Part shown: piece by piece, positions 1 to 8,073 of the stretch | Numbering within the stretch: position 1 is the stretch's first letter | Layout: every line of letters starts with the position of its first letter | Origin: Elusimicrobiota bacterium | Lineage (GTDB): Bacteria; Elusimicrobiota; Elusimicrobia; Elusimicrobiales; UBA9959 | Reading direction: 5' to 3' | Length of the DNA stretch: 28,058 bases | Assembly: GCA_037137395.1 (NCBI GenBank) | Contig: JBAXKK010000027.1 | Location: 1 to 28,058 of the forward strand | Translations under genes and position numbers: made by a program | The notes under the pieces: generated by a model | Told to the model about the DNA's origin: nothing | Database searches by the model: none | The model's input: only the letters and a program-made list of their open reading frames with translations

Positions 1-648
1 GCTGTTGCCTATCACCAGGGACTCGATGGTTGACAGCGGCATGGCGAGCGCGCTATTCTTCAGCGGTATCCCCATCATGGATAGATGCGCCTCGGAAATG
101 CGGCGCAGGAACTGCGTGTCAAAATTATTGGTGCCGTATTTATCCGACAGCTCGTAGGAGTCGTTCTCGGTTTCTTTGGCTATCATCTCGGCCAATTCGC
201 GCGAGAGCTGGTATTCCTTCTCAAGCGCGTCGGCCAGCTTTTTGCGGTCGAACGGCTCGATGGTTTCATTGGTGATGGACTGTACCAGCAGCATCTGGTC
301 GGTGATGTCGGCGCGGGCGTTCTTTTTCACGTTCAGGCCGCTCTTGCGCACGCGGGAGCGGTCCAGCGAGTAGGACTCGAACTTGTCGGCTGTGCGGTCA
401 AAACCTTTTTCGCGCAAAACCTCCACGCAAACGGCGTTGCTGTCATCCACTGTGGGTATTTTCTTATGGATGGTAAAATTGTTATTGAGGCGGCGGGCCA
501 CCTCGTTGGCCACTTCAACGGCCTTCTCTTCGTCGCGGCCGCCAAGAGTGTAGGCCGCCTTATAAATAGCCGTCTTTATCTTCTCTATATTAAAAGGCGC
601 CACTTTGCCGTCACGCTTCTTTATCACCTTCGGGAAAATTTCGTTCAT
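1..648 (-). CDS. nrdD: Anaerobic (class III) ribonucleoside-triphosphate reductase, N-terminal part, running off the window edge
   Basis: Not in the ORF track; translated by hand from the ATG at 648: MNEIFPKVIKKRDGKVAPFNIEKIKTAIYKAA (ATP cone), a second cone-like segment (ETIEPFDRKKLADALEKE), then LAMPLSTIESLVIGNS, resembling the start of the NrdD core. Open for 216 codons, directly downstream of nrdR. Catalytic motifs lie outside the window, so the RNR class is inferred. Confidence 0.75.
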   Translation of the reverse strand, partial: MNEIFPKVIKKRDGKVAPFNIEKIKTAIYKAAYTLGGRDEEKAVEVANEVARRLNNNFTIHKKIPTVDDSNAVCVEVLREKGFDRTADKFESYSLDRSRVRKSGLNVKKNARADITDQMLLVQSITNETIEPFDRKKLADALEKEYQLSRELAEMIAKETENDSYELSDKYGTNNFDTQFLRRISEAHLSMMGIPLKNSALAMPLSTIESLVIGNS

Positions 649-662
649 CTCGGTAAACCCCT

Positions 663-1112
663 CTATTTCTTGATTGATTTGATCTCTTTTTCAAAATCCG
701 TTACGTCTTCGAAGTCCTTGTATATAGACGCGAATCTGATATACGCGACCTTATCCAGCTTTTTGAGTTTTTGGGCCACAAGCTCCCCTATCACGCCGCT
801 AGGGATCTCGCTTTTGTCCTCATTCCTCAAACTGCTCTCTATAGCCCTGCCCGCCTCCTCTATTTTTTCCACGCTCACATCCCTTTTCTGGCAGGATTTG
901 ACCATGCCGCCCAAAAGCTTTTCGTACAAAAAACTCTCGCGCCGGCCGTCTTTCTTTATGACGACCAGCGGGTGCGCCTCTATGCGCTCGTAGGTGGTGA
1001 AGCGCTTTGCGCATTTCTCGCATTCGCGCCGGCGCCTTATTTCAAAAGCCTCGGCTGAGTCACGGCTGTCGGTGACTTTAGTGTCCTGGGCGCCGCAAAA
1101 AGGGCATTGCAT
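663..1112 (-). CDS. nrdR: Transcriptional repressor NrdR
   Basis: MQCPFCG...DSR...IRRRRECEKCAKRFTTYERIE zinc ribbon, ATP cone, C-terminal DKVAYIRFASIYKDF; AGGAG RBS upstream. Confidence 0.98.
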   Translation of the reverse strand: MQCPFCGAQDTKVTDSRDSAEAFEIRRRRECEKCAKRFTTYERIEAHPLVVIKKDGRRESFLYEKLLGGMVKSCQKRDVSVEKIEEAGRAIESSLRNEDKSEIPSGVIGELVAQKLKKLDKVAYIRFASIYKDFEDVTDFEKEIKSIKK

Positions 1113-1173
1113 TAACTTTCTCCTTTACAGTGTAGGCACCGCGTCAGCCAGCCCTGGCGAGCGGACGGCAAAA

Positions 1174-1220
1174 CCACCATATCTTGTGTTTTATTCCTAC
1201 CCCACCACCATTAGTAGTAG
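1174..1220. promoter_or_regulatory. Tandem NrdR boxes
   Basis: ccaccatatcttgtgt (1174-1189) and ccaccattagtagtag (1205-1220) match the acaCwAtATaTwGtgt consensus (the second is degenerate), 31 bp start to start, upstream of nrdR-nrdD. Confidence 0.85.
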
Positions 1221-1227
1221 TATGGAT

Positions 1228-1256
1228 ATTCTAACACTAATCAATTTATCCGTCAA
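1228..1256 (-). promoter_or_regulatory. Sigma70 promoter of nrdR-nrdD
   Basis: Minus strand TTGACG-17 nt-TAGAAT with an extended TGn; predicted start near 1221 abuts an NrdR box. Confidence 0.75.
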
Positions 1257-1316
1257 ATTTTCATAGGTAACAGCCTGTTTTTGCGCAAAGCGGCCCCACC
1301 GCGCGCGGCTTTTTAA

Positions 1317-1685
1317 GCCAGGTCGGGGTCGCCATAACCGATTGCCAAAGGCCAGGCCTGTCGCAAAAAACTTTGGCGTATTTAAAACTGACGCAGGGCC
1401 TGCCGGGGGCCTGCAGTGTCGGCCGCACCGTGGCCGCACTTCCCGACCTCCCGCGCCACGCTACGCAAGTGGCGCAGTCCGGTAGGGTTTTGATAATCAG
1501 ATCCCCCGTCACCCACGCGGACTAATTGGGTTTCGCCTTAGCGTTATAACCAACAACTAATCCCGGTCTGTACGGCTAAGGGGTGACAGACATGGGTCGG
1601 ATCGGGCCGAGAAGGAACCGGCGCGAAGTCGCCGGGCCGGTCGCAGGCCCGATGGGTCCCATGGCTGGCAGGACCCCGACCTGGC
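1317..1685. other. Structured non-coding element bounded by perfect 14-bp inverted repeats (REP/MITE-like element or ncRNA)
   Basis: gccaggtcggggtc (1317-1330) and gaccccgacctggc (1672-1685); several nested internal stems; no convincing ORF. Confidence 0.5.
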
Positions 1686-1831
1686 CGTTGCGGCCATCCC
1701 GAACTTGCAGCCCGCCCCCTCCTTAAAGTTTTCTTGAGCAGCCCCGGGCCAAAGGGCCCAGAAGATTTCCGGCCCAATGGCCCTGTAACATCAAGCTGTT
1801 TGAGCGTACACTATAGTAGTTAGGAGGATAT

Positions 1832-2572
1832 ATGAAAAAAATAATTCTTGTGCTGATGATGGCGGGAACTCTCTACAACCCCGTGAACGCGCAGGTAAAT
1901 TTTGATTCTTCTTCAGACTTCGACCTGGCCAAAAGTATCGCTTCACAGGACGTGGACCTTCCCTCCCCGCAAATCGAAAAAGTGCACAGCGATTCCGACG
2001 CCGGTTCCTGCGAAGGCTCCCCGCTTACAATGAAACTGCGCGGCCGCACCGTAACCCTGCCGGCCAAAGGTCTCTGGACTCTCGAATCCCACCTGGCCAC
2101 AAAGGAAGATTCTTTCTCCCGCGGGAGTTCTTTCCCGCGCACAGTGCGCGAAAACATCTCCGCACACCTTAATAAAGCCTGCGCCAGGCTTACACAGCTG
2201 GTACCTCAGGCCGATTGCGGTGATGTTTATGATACAAAGTGGGCCAAAGAATGGACCCCTGCCGAAGGCGGCAAGGCCGGCCAGGGCGCCGTGCCGAAAC
2301 GCCCCTCAAAAGATGAGGAAATGTGGATATTTAATATGATGTGGGCCGGTAAAGCCATGCCGAAAGCCGGCACCAAGTTCCTGGCTACCTACAACGGCAA
2401 AAGCGTGGTGGTAGTAGGCGGTTATGAGCGCGGCCCCTCCTCAAGGCATTTTCTCGGCGGCTTCCAGAGAGAAGTTTTGTGGGCCCTCGGCGCCACAGAG
2501 GACTCAAGCAAGATAACACTCTCAACGCTCAAAGATCAGAGCGTCCCCCCCGGACCTATAACCTGCAATTAA
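1832..2572 (+). CDS. Secreted hypothetical protein with a C-terminal RlpA/double-psi beta-barrel-like segment
   Basis: AGGAGG RBS; signal peptide MKKIILVLMMAGTLYNPVNA; C-terminal PKAGTKFLATYNGKSVVVVGGYERGP resembles RlpA LPxGTxxxVxxNGRSVVVRINDRGP. Confidence 0.75.
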   Translation: MKKIILVLMMAGTLYNPVNAQVNFDSSSDFDLAKSIASQDVDLPSPQIEKVHSDSDAGSCEGSPLTMKLRGRTVTLPAKGLWTLESHLATKEDSFSRGSSFPRTVRENISAHLNKACARLTQLVPQADCGDVYDTKWAKEWTPAEGGKAGQGAVPKRPSKDEEMWIFNMMWAGKAMPKAGTKFLATYNGKSVVVVGGYERGPSSRHFLGGFQREVLWALGATEDSSKITLSTLKDQSVPPGPITCN

Positions 2573-2588
2573 CACCGCTATTTCTGCC

Positions 2589-2627
2589 CTGACCGGAATT
2601 ATGGGATAACCCCATAATTCCGGTCAG
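2589..2627. terminator. Perfect 17-bp hairpin between convergent genes (terminator or REP-like)
   Basis: ctgaccggaattatggg-ataac-cccataattccggtcag; U tails are weak. Confidence 0.6.
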
Positions 2628-2705
2628 TATTTGGCCCCGGGCTTAAAACACTTCCATCCTACCCTGTGCCGGTAAGCGTAATGAGATAAGTATCATGTCA
2701 CCGGA

Positions 2706-4106
2706 TTATTTGTGAGAAAGGCTGGCGGCTTTCAGGAAAGCATCAGTCGCGTCATCAAATTGTCGGCATTCCCGGAAGAGAAGCCCTAGCGCGCCATAGG
2801 CCTTTGATAATTTTGAAAGCAAGCCTTTATCTCCCCTCACGCGTATGCCGGGCAGCCCATGGGAATTTTCCAAAATTTTCAAAATATCGTTAAGGCACTC
2901 CTTTACGGCCCATGCGGGTATCAGACTTACATGGATTTCCCGATATCGGTGCGCTAGTTTAACAACTTTAAGGCAGTTTACAACCGCGGCTCCAAGCTGG
3001 CCCTGGGCTTTAAGTTCGTTGGCCAAGCCGAGAATGGAAAGATCATCCTTTTTCCATTTCGCGTAGTCCTCCCAAAGCGTCAGCGCCTCGTCTGCATCAC
3101 CTTGGCCGCGTAATATCTCCGAAAGGGCGGCGCGGGACGTTTCGTCATACGGGTTATCGGCTAAAACAGTTCGGAACTCCACAACAGCTTCATCCAGCCT
3201 GCCAAGGCTTTTAAGCTCCTGCGCAAAGTCTGACCGATGGCGCACATTTGTTTTGGCCAATTCCCTGAAAACCTTAAGGGAACCTTCAATATCCCCGCAA
3301 GCTTTCAGCGCCTTCGCCAATTTGTACTGCAACTCATAACGTTCCGGCCTGAGTTTTAACGCCTTCCGGCAAAGTTCCAATGCCCGGTCATTCAGTCCCT
3401 GCGCCAGGTGAAGATCTATCAACAGATCAAGTTCCGCCAGCGGGTCCCGGTAGCGCGCGCCCATTTCTTTCGCTAAAGCGACAGCTTTATTGAAATTCCC
3501 TTCCGCCCGGAATATCTCAGCCAGACTGAAATAAGAGTCTCCCCGGTCCCTGTCTGTTTTTATGCGGGTTGCATAGAACTTTTTAAGCTCATCTGTTTTA
3601 TTTTGGGCCTTCAGGGACTCAGTCAATGCAAAAATCCCTATGCCGTTAAGCGCCGGCGCCTTTATTAATACCTCCTCAGCCTCGCGCCACCTCTTTTGAT
3701 CGTAAAAGATATGTCCCAACCCGGAAGCGGCATCCGAGTTTTGCGGATCAAGTCTCAACGCAGCTTGCAGTTCCCGAATTGCTTCCGGGTAGCGAAAATG
3801 TGTCAGCAGTGTCCATCCAAGGCGATTGCGCGCCTTTGCGCTGGTGGGGTTCATCCTTACGGCTTCACTGACTATCATCAACTCCCAACCCCGGGGATCT
3901 CCCGGCAGGCTGCAGAGCGACAACTCATGGTAAGCCTCAACGCATGAATTATCAGCTTTCACCGCTAGGGCAAAATACTTGCGCGCGGCCGCGATAGAAT
4001 GCCTGCGCGCGGCCGGCGTGCCGACCTTACAATGTGATTCTTTGGCCTCTCTGCCAAGCCGCATATATTCCGCGCAAGTCCTGCCACTTTTCTCCGCTTT
4101 TTTCAT
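2706..4106 (-). CDS. Tetratricopeptide repeat protein
   Basis: Multiple TPR-like units (ARNRLGWTLLTHFRYPEAIRELQAALRLDP; LGRLDEAVVEFRTVLADNP); no signal peptide. Confidence 0.85.
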   Translation of the reverse strand: MKKAEKSGRTCAEYMRLGREAKESHCKVGTPAARRHSIAAARKYFALAVKADNSCVEAYHELSLCSLPGDPRGWELMIVSEAVRMNPTSAKARNRLGWTLLTHFRYPEAIRELQAALRLDPQNSDAASGLGHIFYDQKRWREAEEVLIKAPALNGIGIFALTESLKAQNKTDELKKFYATRIKTDRDRGDSYFSLAEIFRAEGNFNKAVALAKEMGARYRDPLAELDLLIDLHLAQGLNDRALELCRKALKLRPERYELQYKLAKALKACGDIEGSLKVFRELAKTNVRHRSDFAQELKSLGRLDEAVVEFRTVLADNPYDETSRAALSEILRGQGDADEALTLWEDYAKWKKDDLSILGLANELKAQGQLGAAVVNCLKVVKLAHRYREIHVSLIPAWAVKECLNDILKILENSHGLPGIRVRGDKGLLSKLSKAYGALGLLFRECRQFDDATDAFLKAASLSHK

Positions 4107-4223
4107 ATAGTTACCGCTGTTATTTTAAATCGATTTTGATATATCAAACAGAGCCATGAATACTCAATGTCCCTCCGGGTTAAGAGCGGTTTTTTTTATT
4201 TGAATACTGATTAATCTAAACTT

Positions 4224-7200
4224 TTACCTGTACCGCCCCAGCACCTGCCCGGTGGCGTTGGAGCATTCAGGGGTCTGGCGGCCTTCCAGTTCGGCGCTCA
4301 TCTCGCCGGCCACATAGGCGCAAAGTTCGGTGTCGGTAACCGCGCCGTCGTTGTTGCCGTAGGGCGGCTTATCCGCATAGCCTTTGAGTCCGAGCAGCAT
4401 ATAATAAGTAAAGTAACCGTGTTTTGTTTTATCAAAGTCAAAACTGGCCTGGTTCCCTTTAGAGCCCGCGAACACGAAAGCCCTCTGCTGGTCAAACTTC
4501 GCGGCTACTACCAGGCCGCGGTGGGTCGTAGCGTATTGATCCGGAGTCCTGCCCTGCATACCTGAGAAGCAAGAATCCAGCAGCACAAACACATTTTTAG
4601 CCTTAGAGCCTTCCATATCCGAAATCAGGTCTTTAAGGTTTATAAGCGTTCCCTTTCCCAGGGAGGGATCCAAGTCCCCGTCGTAAGGGACTATGAACGG
4701 CGGACCGTCGCGGGGATTATCCGGGTCCGGGATACCGTGCCCGGCGAAGTAAAACACGATGGTGTCAAAATCCTTCTTTATCAGCCAGTTTTTAACGGCC
4801 GCGTCTATTGTGGATTTGCTGGCGTCGTCATCTGTAAAGGTTTTAATATTTTCCGCGGGAATACCCATCACGCCGCTCAGATAACTTTTAACAGCTTTAG
4901 CGTCCAGCGCGGGGTATTGCAGTCCGCTCACCCTTTTATATTTTCCCACACCCACCACAATAGCACCGGCCTTTTTCAGTTGTCCGTAATTGGTAAAGGG
5001 CACCGGCAGGAGCTGTTCCGGTTCTTTTTTCTTCTCGATGTCTTTCGGCTGGAAAACAGCCACAACCTCTTCCACTTTGCGGGCGTTAAAGCCCGATGCT
5101 TCCGTAACTTTTATGCTGAAATGCGGGGCGGCGCTAGGCATTGTTTCCGGGATGATCGCGGTTAATATCCTTGTGATTTCAGCCCCCGGCTGAACATCCC
5201 CCACTACCACTTCACCGAATAGTCCTTGTACGGCCTTGTTACCGGAGACTTCAACCTTTACCCCATTGGCTGTCTGGCCGCCGGTGTTGCGGATCGCTAT
5301 CTTTACCTTTAAAGTTTCCCCCGGCTGATATATGCCGTCACCGTTAATATCTCCGTCCGTAAGTATAGCTTGGTCAAAGTCAAGTGACGGCGGGCTTTTA
5401 GACTCAACAATAAGGCCGCCGGCGCTGGCGGCAGCGGGGATAGGGCCCGGCAAGCCAGGCAAAGCTGAGAGCAGAGAAGCGGTATCAAATTCGGCAAACA
5501 CCGGCTCAATTGCGTTCTGGTAAAAGCCCTTAAAGTCCAGCTTTACCTGTTGCTCGCGCGCGAACCTTGGGCGCGCCTCTTTAAAGCTGAAATATAAAGG
5601 CAGTCGCCCCTCCGTGGAATATCCTTTGTCAATTTTAAAAACAGCCGAAACCTTCCGCGACTCTCCCGGCTTAAGCGTTCCAAAATTGGTCTTGCCGGAA
5701 TTGATCACTGTTATTTTGGGCTCTTTAGACACCAGCGCAAAATCCGCCGCGCGGGCGTCGCTTAGTCCCGCGTTTACAATAAAACCGGTAAGTTCAATAG
5801 TTTCGCCTGCGTCAATAATACCGTTGCTGTTGCCCTCGGAGCGGCCGGTAAAGTTTTCGCTGAAGGTATAACGCGCCATAGCCAGGTAAGGCGGGGACAT
5901 CCCTTTAAGGCGGACACCCACGGCTGCGGCCTCGGGATTGAAGCCTCTGGACTCGATAGCCTCCATTCTGAAGGCTATAGGGCCGGTTTCAGACTCGTCA
6001 GCCGCCTTAACAGGGATTTGTATCGCTGTTTTACTGCCAGGGTCCAATGGGCGCACCTGGGCGCTGTAAAAACCGCCCTCAAGGTTGGTTTTCGCTTTTG
6101 CGGGATTAATCGGCGCAACGTTCAGCCATATGCCGGTGGCCTTGCCACGGCCTTCATTTGATAATATCACCACTATATTGCCGCTTTCATTTGGAGAAAG
6201 GATGCCGTCGCCGTCCGTATCTTCAAGCCGCCCCTTAAGAACCAATTGCGGCTGGTAAGCGTATTTATCTATAGCGTCCCGTGCCTGCGCGTACATGGGT
6301 TCCTGTTTTCTTATATCTTCCCAGAGGGCCACGGCTTTGTCTTTCATGCCGCCGGACATATATTTTTCGCCAAGGGAATAAGCGTCGCGCTCGCCGAATG
6401 ACCAGGTTAGCGCGAACCGCAGCGGGGCTTGGGCGTCTTCCATTTTGGAAGTAGTCAGGTCGTAACCGAGGTCCAGATCTAAAGCGTTATAGTTAAAACC
6501 CAGCCCGGCCATGAATTTGGTCTCCTCGTCGCCTTTATTTAAGCCGGCGCGCAAGGAGACGAAGGGTATGCCGGGGAAGTATTCCGCGCCCATGGAGTAA
6601 GACTGCGACACCTGCGACTTGGCATAGCCCAGGCCCCATACTATTTTCTGGTTCGCCCAGGGCTTGGTTTTGCGGGTGTACCCCAGTTTGATCTCAGTCG
6701 GTAAAGGCTCCTGCGTCTGGTAATACTTAAGGCCGCTGCCGTAATTCACCATGGCCAAACCCACTGAGTGTTTATCGTCCAGAGTGCGGTAAACGAGGCC
6801 GAAATCCATGAGCATGGCGCTGGCTTTATAATCCTCCGCCAGGGTGCTTGTGAGGCTTTTAAGACTTAGACCGGCGAACAACCGTTGGGTTATAGCGCGG
6901 CCATAGCCTAAAGTGATCAATTTATCATCCTCAAGCTTTATACTGCGGGTGGTGCCGTCCAGTTCTTCAAATTTTTCCGAGCCGGTGCCGTAATTCAGGT
7001 AAGACAGGCTCAAAGTCCCCAGTTTCCTGGACGGCACAAGGGCGGACACAAAATTATAATTGCTATCCAGCACGGCGCCAGGCCAATGGGCCAGCGATAC
7101 CGAGGGATTCACGGTATAGCCCAGCTCCCAGGGGTTATAAGCGGCGTCCGTCTGCCCCAGCGAGGACAGCACCCCGCCCATTGAATAAAGCCGTATATTG

Positions 7201-7295
7201 GGCTGCGCGTCCAGCAGAAACAAAGCCGTAGGCTGCTCGGCCGCGAAAGCGTTCGCTGCCAGAGAAATAAGTATCGCGCTAAAAATATTTTTCAT
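4224..7295 (-). CDS. PorV/PorQ-like outer-membrane beta-barrel fused to a TPR-like helix pair, three Ig/CARDB-like repeats and a caspase-family (C14) protease
   Basis: Signal peptide; ALFLLDAQPNIRLYSMGG...AAYNPWELG (PorV-type FL...R..MG...NPA.L opening); alternating beta-strands to about aa 300; three DxDGDG/NxNG-I..PGE repeats; C-terminal AIVVGVGKY...LQYPALDA, YFAGHG (His) and LDSCFSG (Cys). Confidence 0.85.
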   Translation of the reverse strand: MKNIFSAILISLAANAFAAEQPTALFLLDAQPNIRLYSMGGVLSSLGQTDAAYNPWELGYTVNPSVSLAHWPGAVLDSNYNFVSALVPSRKLGTLSLSYLNYGTGSEKFEELDGTTRSIKLEDDKLITLGYGRAITQRLFAGLSLKSLTSTLAEDYKASAMLMDFGLVYRTLDDKHSVGLAMVNYGSGLKYYQTQEPLPTEIKLGYTRKTKPWANQKIVWGLGYAKSQVSQSYSMGAEYFPGIPFVSLRAGLNKGDEETKFMAGLGFNYNALDLDLGYDLTTSKMEDAQAPLRFALTWSFGERDAYSLGEKYMSGGMKDKAVALWEDIRKQEPMYAQARDAIDKYAYQPQLVLKGRLEDTDGDGILSPNESGNIVVILSNEGRGKATGIWLNVAPINPAKAKTNLEGGFYSAQVRPLDPGSKTAIQIPVKAADESETGPIAFRMEAIESRGFNPEAAAVGVRLKGMSPPYLAMARYTFSENFTGRSEGNSNGIIDAGETIELTGFIVNAGLSDARAADFALVSKEPKITVINSGKTNFGTLKPGESRKVSAVFKIDKGYSTEGRLPLYFSFKEARPRFAREQQVKLDFKGFYQNAIEPVFAEFDTASLLSALPGLPGPIPAAASAGGLIVESKSPPSLDFDQAILTDGDINGDGIYQPGETLKVKIAIRNTGGQTANGVKVEVSGNKAVQGLFGEVVVGDVQPGAEITRILTAIIPETMPSAAPHFSIKVTEASGFNARKVEEVVAVFQPKDIEKKKEPEQLLPVPFTNYGQLKKAGAIVVGVGKYKRVSGLQYPALDAKAVKSYLSGVMGIPAENIKTFTDDDASKSTIDAAVKNWLIKKDFDTIVFYFAGHGIPDPDNPRDGPPFIVPYDGDLDPSLGKGTLINLKDLISDMEGSKAKNVFVLLDSCFSGMQGRTPDQYATTHRGLVVAAKFDQQRAFVFAGSKGNQASFDFDKTKHGYFTYYMLLGLKGYADKPPYGNNDGAVTDTELCAYVAGEMSAELEGRQTPECSNATGQVLGRYR

Positions 7296-7297
7296 GC

Positions 7298-7828
7298 CTA
7301 TAATTTCCCTGGCGATTGCGGCTTAAAACCTGGAATTTTTTTAAGACAAGAGTCGGCCTCTTCCGGCTGGGACATAAGCAGTTTGATCGCGTCAAACACA
7401 CTTTTAAACTGCGCGTCGTATTTTTTTTCTAAATCCATGAGTTTTCTCGCCAGACCTTTATGCGCGGCCAGCATAGAACGCAGTTTAACAAAAATTCTCA
7501 TTATCCGCACATTCACATAAACGGCCCTTTTGCTTTTAAGAACGCTTGAAAGCATAGCCACACCCTGCTCCGTAAAAACATATGGCAAAGCCCTGTCTCC
7601 GCCCCAACTTGAAATGCCAATTTGGCATTTCAAATTTTTCCATTCCTCCGCTTTCAACTGGAACATGAAATCTTTGGGAAACCGATCAGGGTTTCTCCTG
7701 ACAGCCCGGTTCAACGCGCCGGTTTCCACGCGATATAGTTCGGCTAAATCACGATCCGCCATTACACGATACCCGCGGATCATAAATATTTTTTGCCCTA
7801 TACTTTCACTGTTTATCACATCTTTCAT
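7298..7828 (-). CDS. ORF6N-domain DNA-binding protein
   Basis: [42 protein letters not shown]...[19 protein letters not shown], the typical ORF6N signature; GGAGG RBS. Confidence 0.93.
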   Translation of the reverse strand: MKDVINSESIGQKIFMIRGYRVMADRDLAELYRVETGALNRAVRRNPDRFPKDFMFQLKAEEWKNLKCQIGISSWGGDRALPYVFTEQGVAMLSSVLKSKRAVYVNVRIMRIFVKLRSMLAAHKGLARKLMDLEKKYDAQFKSVFDAIKLLMSQPEEADSCLKKIPGFKPQSPGKL

Positions 7829-7977
7829 ATATCCTCCCTGTCAGGCGCAGTCGCTGCTTATACCCTACCACACGAGCCCGACACCGTATCGCCTTTCAGG
7901 GAGCTGATTTTCACATTTTTCTCGCCATTTTTGCGAGTTGTCGCCATTCAACCTTATGCCCGCTTGAGATCTGTATA

Positions 7978-8002
7978 AAAAAAGGTAGACGCTACCTTTT
8001 TT
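7978..8002 (-). terminator. Intrinsic terminator-like hairpin, possibly bidirectional
   Basis: aaaaaaggtag-acg-ctacctttttt, downstream of the 1170-aa gene. Confidence 0.6.
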
Positions 8003-8030
8003 CTCGCATACTTGTTTCTTATGCTCTGCG

Positions 8031-8061
8031 ACCGGGTACCGGTAACTGGATACTGGTTACC
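8031..8061. repeat. Heptamer tandem repeat (acYggNN x4)
   Basis: accgggt accggta actggat actggtt acc. Confidence 0.6.
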
Positions 8062-8073
8062 TTCCCCTTGTGA

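Noticed and set aside
85..993. 302-aa plus-strand ORF
   Set aside because: Antisense shadow of nrdD and nrdR, which have clear motifs on the minus strand.
1317..1685. Retron msr-msd (a1/a2-like inverted repeats)
   Set aside because: No reverse transcriptase in the window.
1261..1740. Cobalamin riboswitch, tmRNA, SRP or 6S RNA upstream of the RNR operon
   Set aside because: No B12 box, tRNA-like ends or proper SRP helix-8 motif; the region lies upstream of the predicted nrdR promoter.
1197..1777. Short minus-strand ORFs of 80, 83 and 77 aa
   Set aside because: No RBS or recognisable motifs; Arg/Pro/Gly-rich translations typical of GC-rich non-coding DNA.
2687..2706. taagtatcatgtcaccggat, resembling REP-like ends seen near tyrosine transposases
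   Set aside because: Single short degenerate copy with no partner or transposase in the window.
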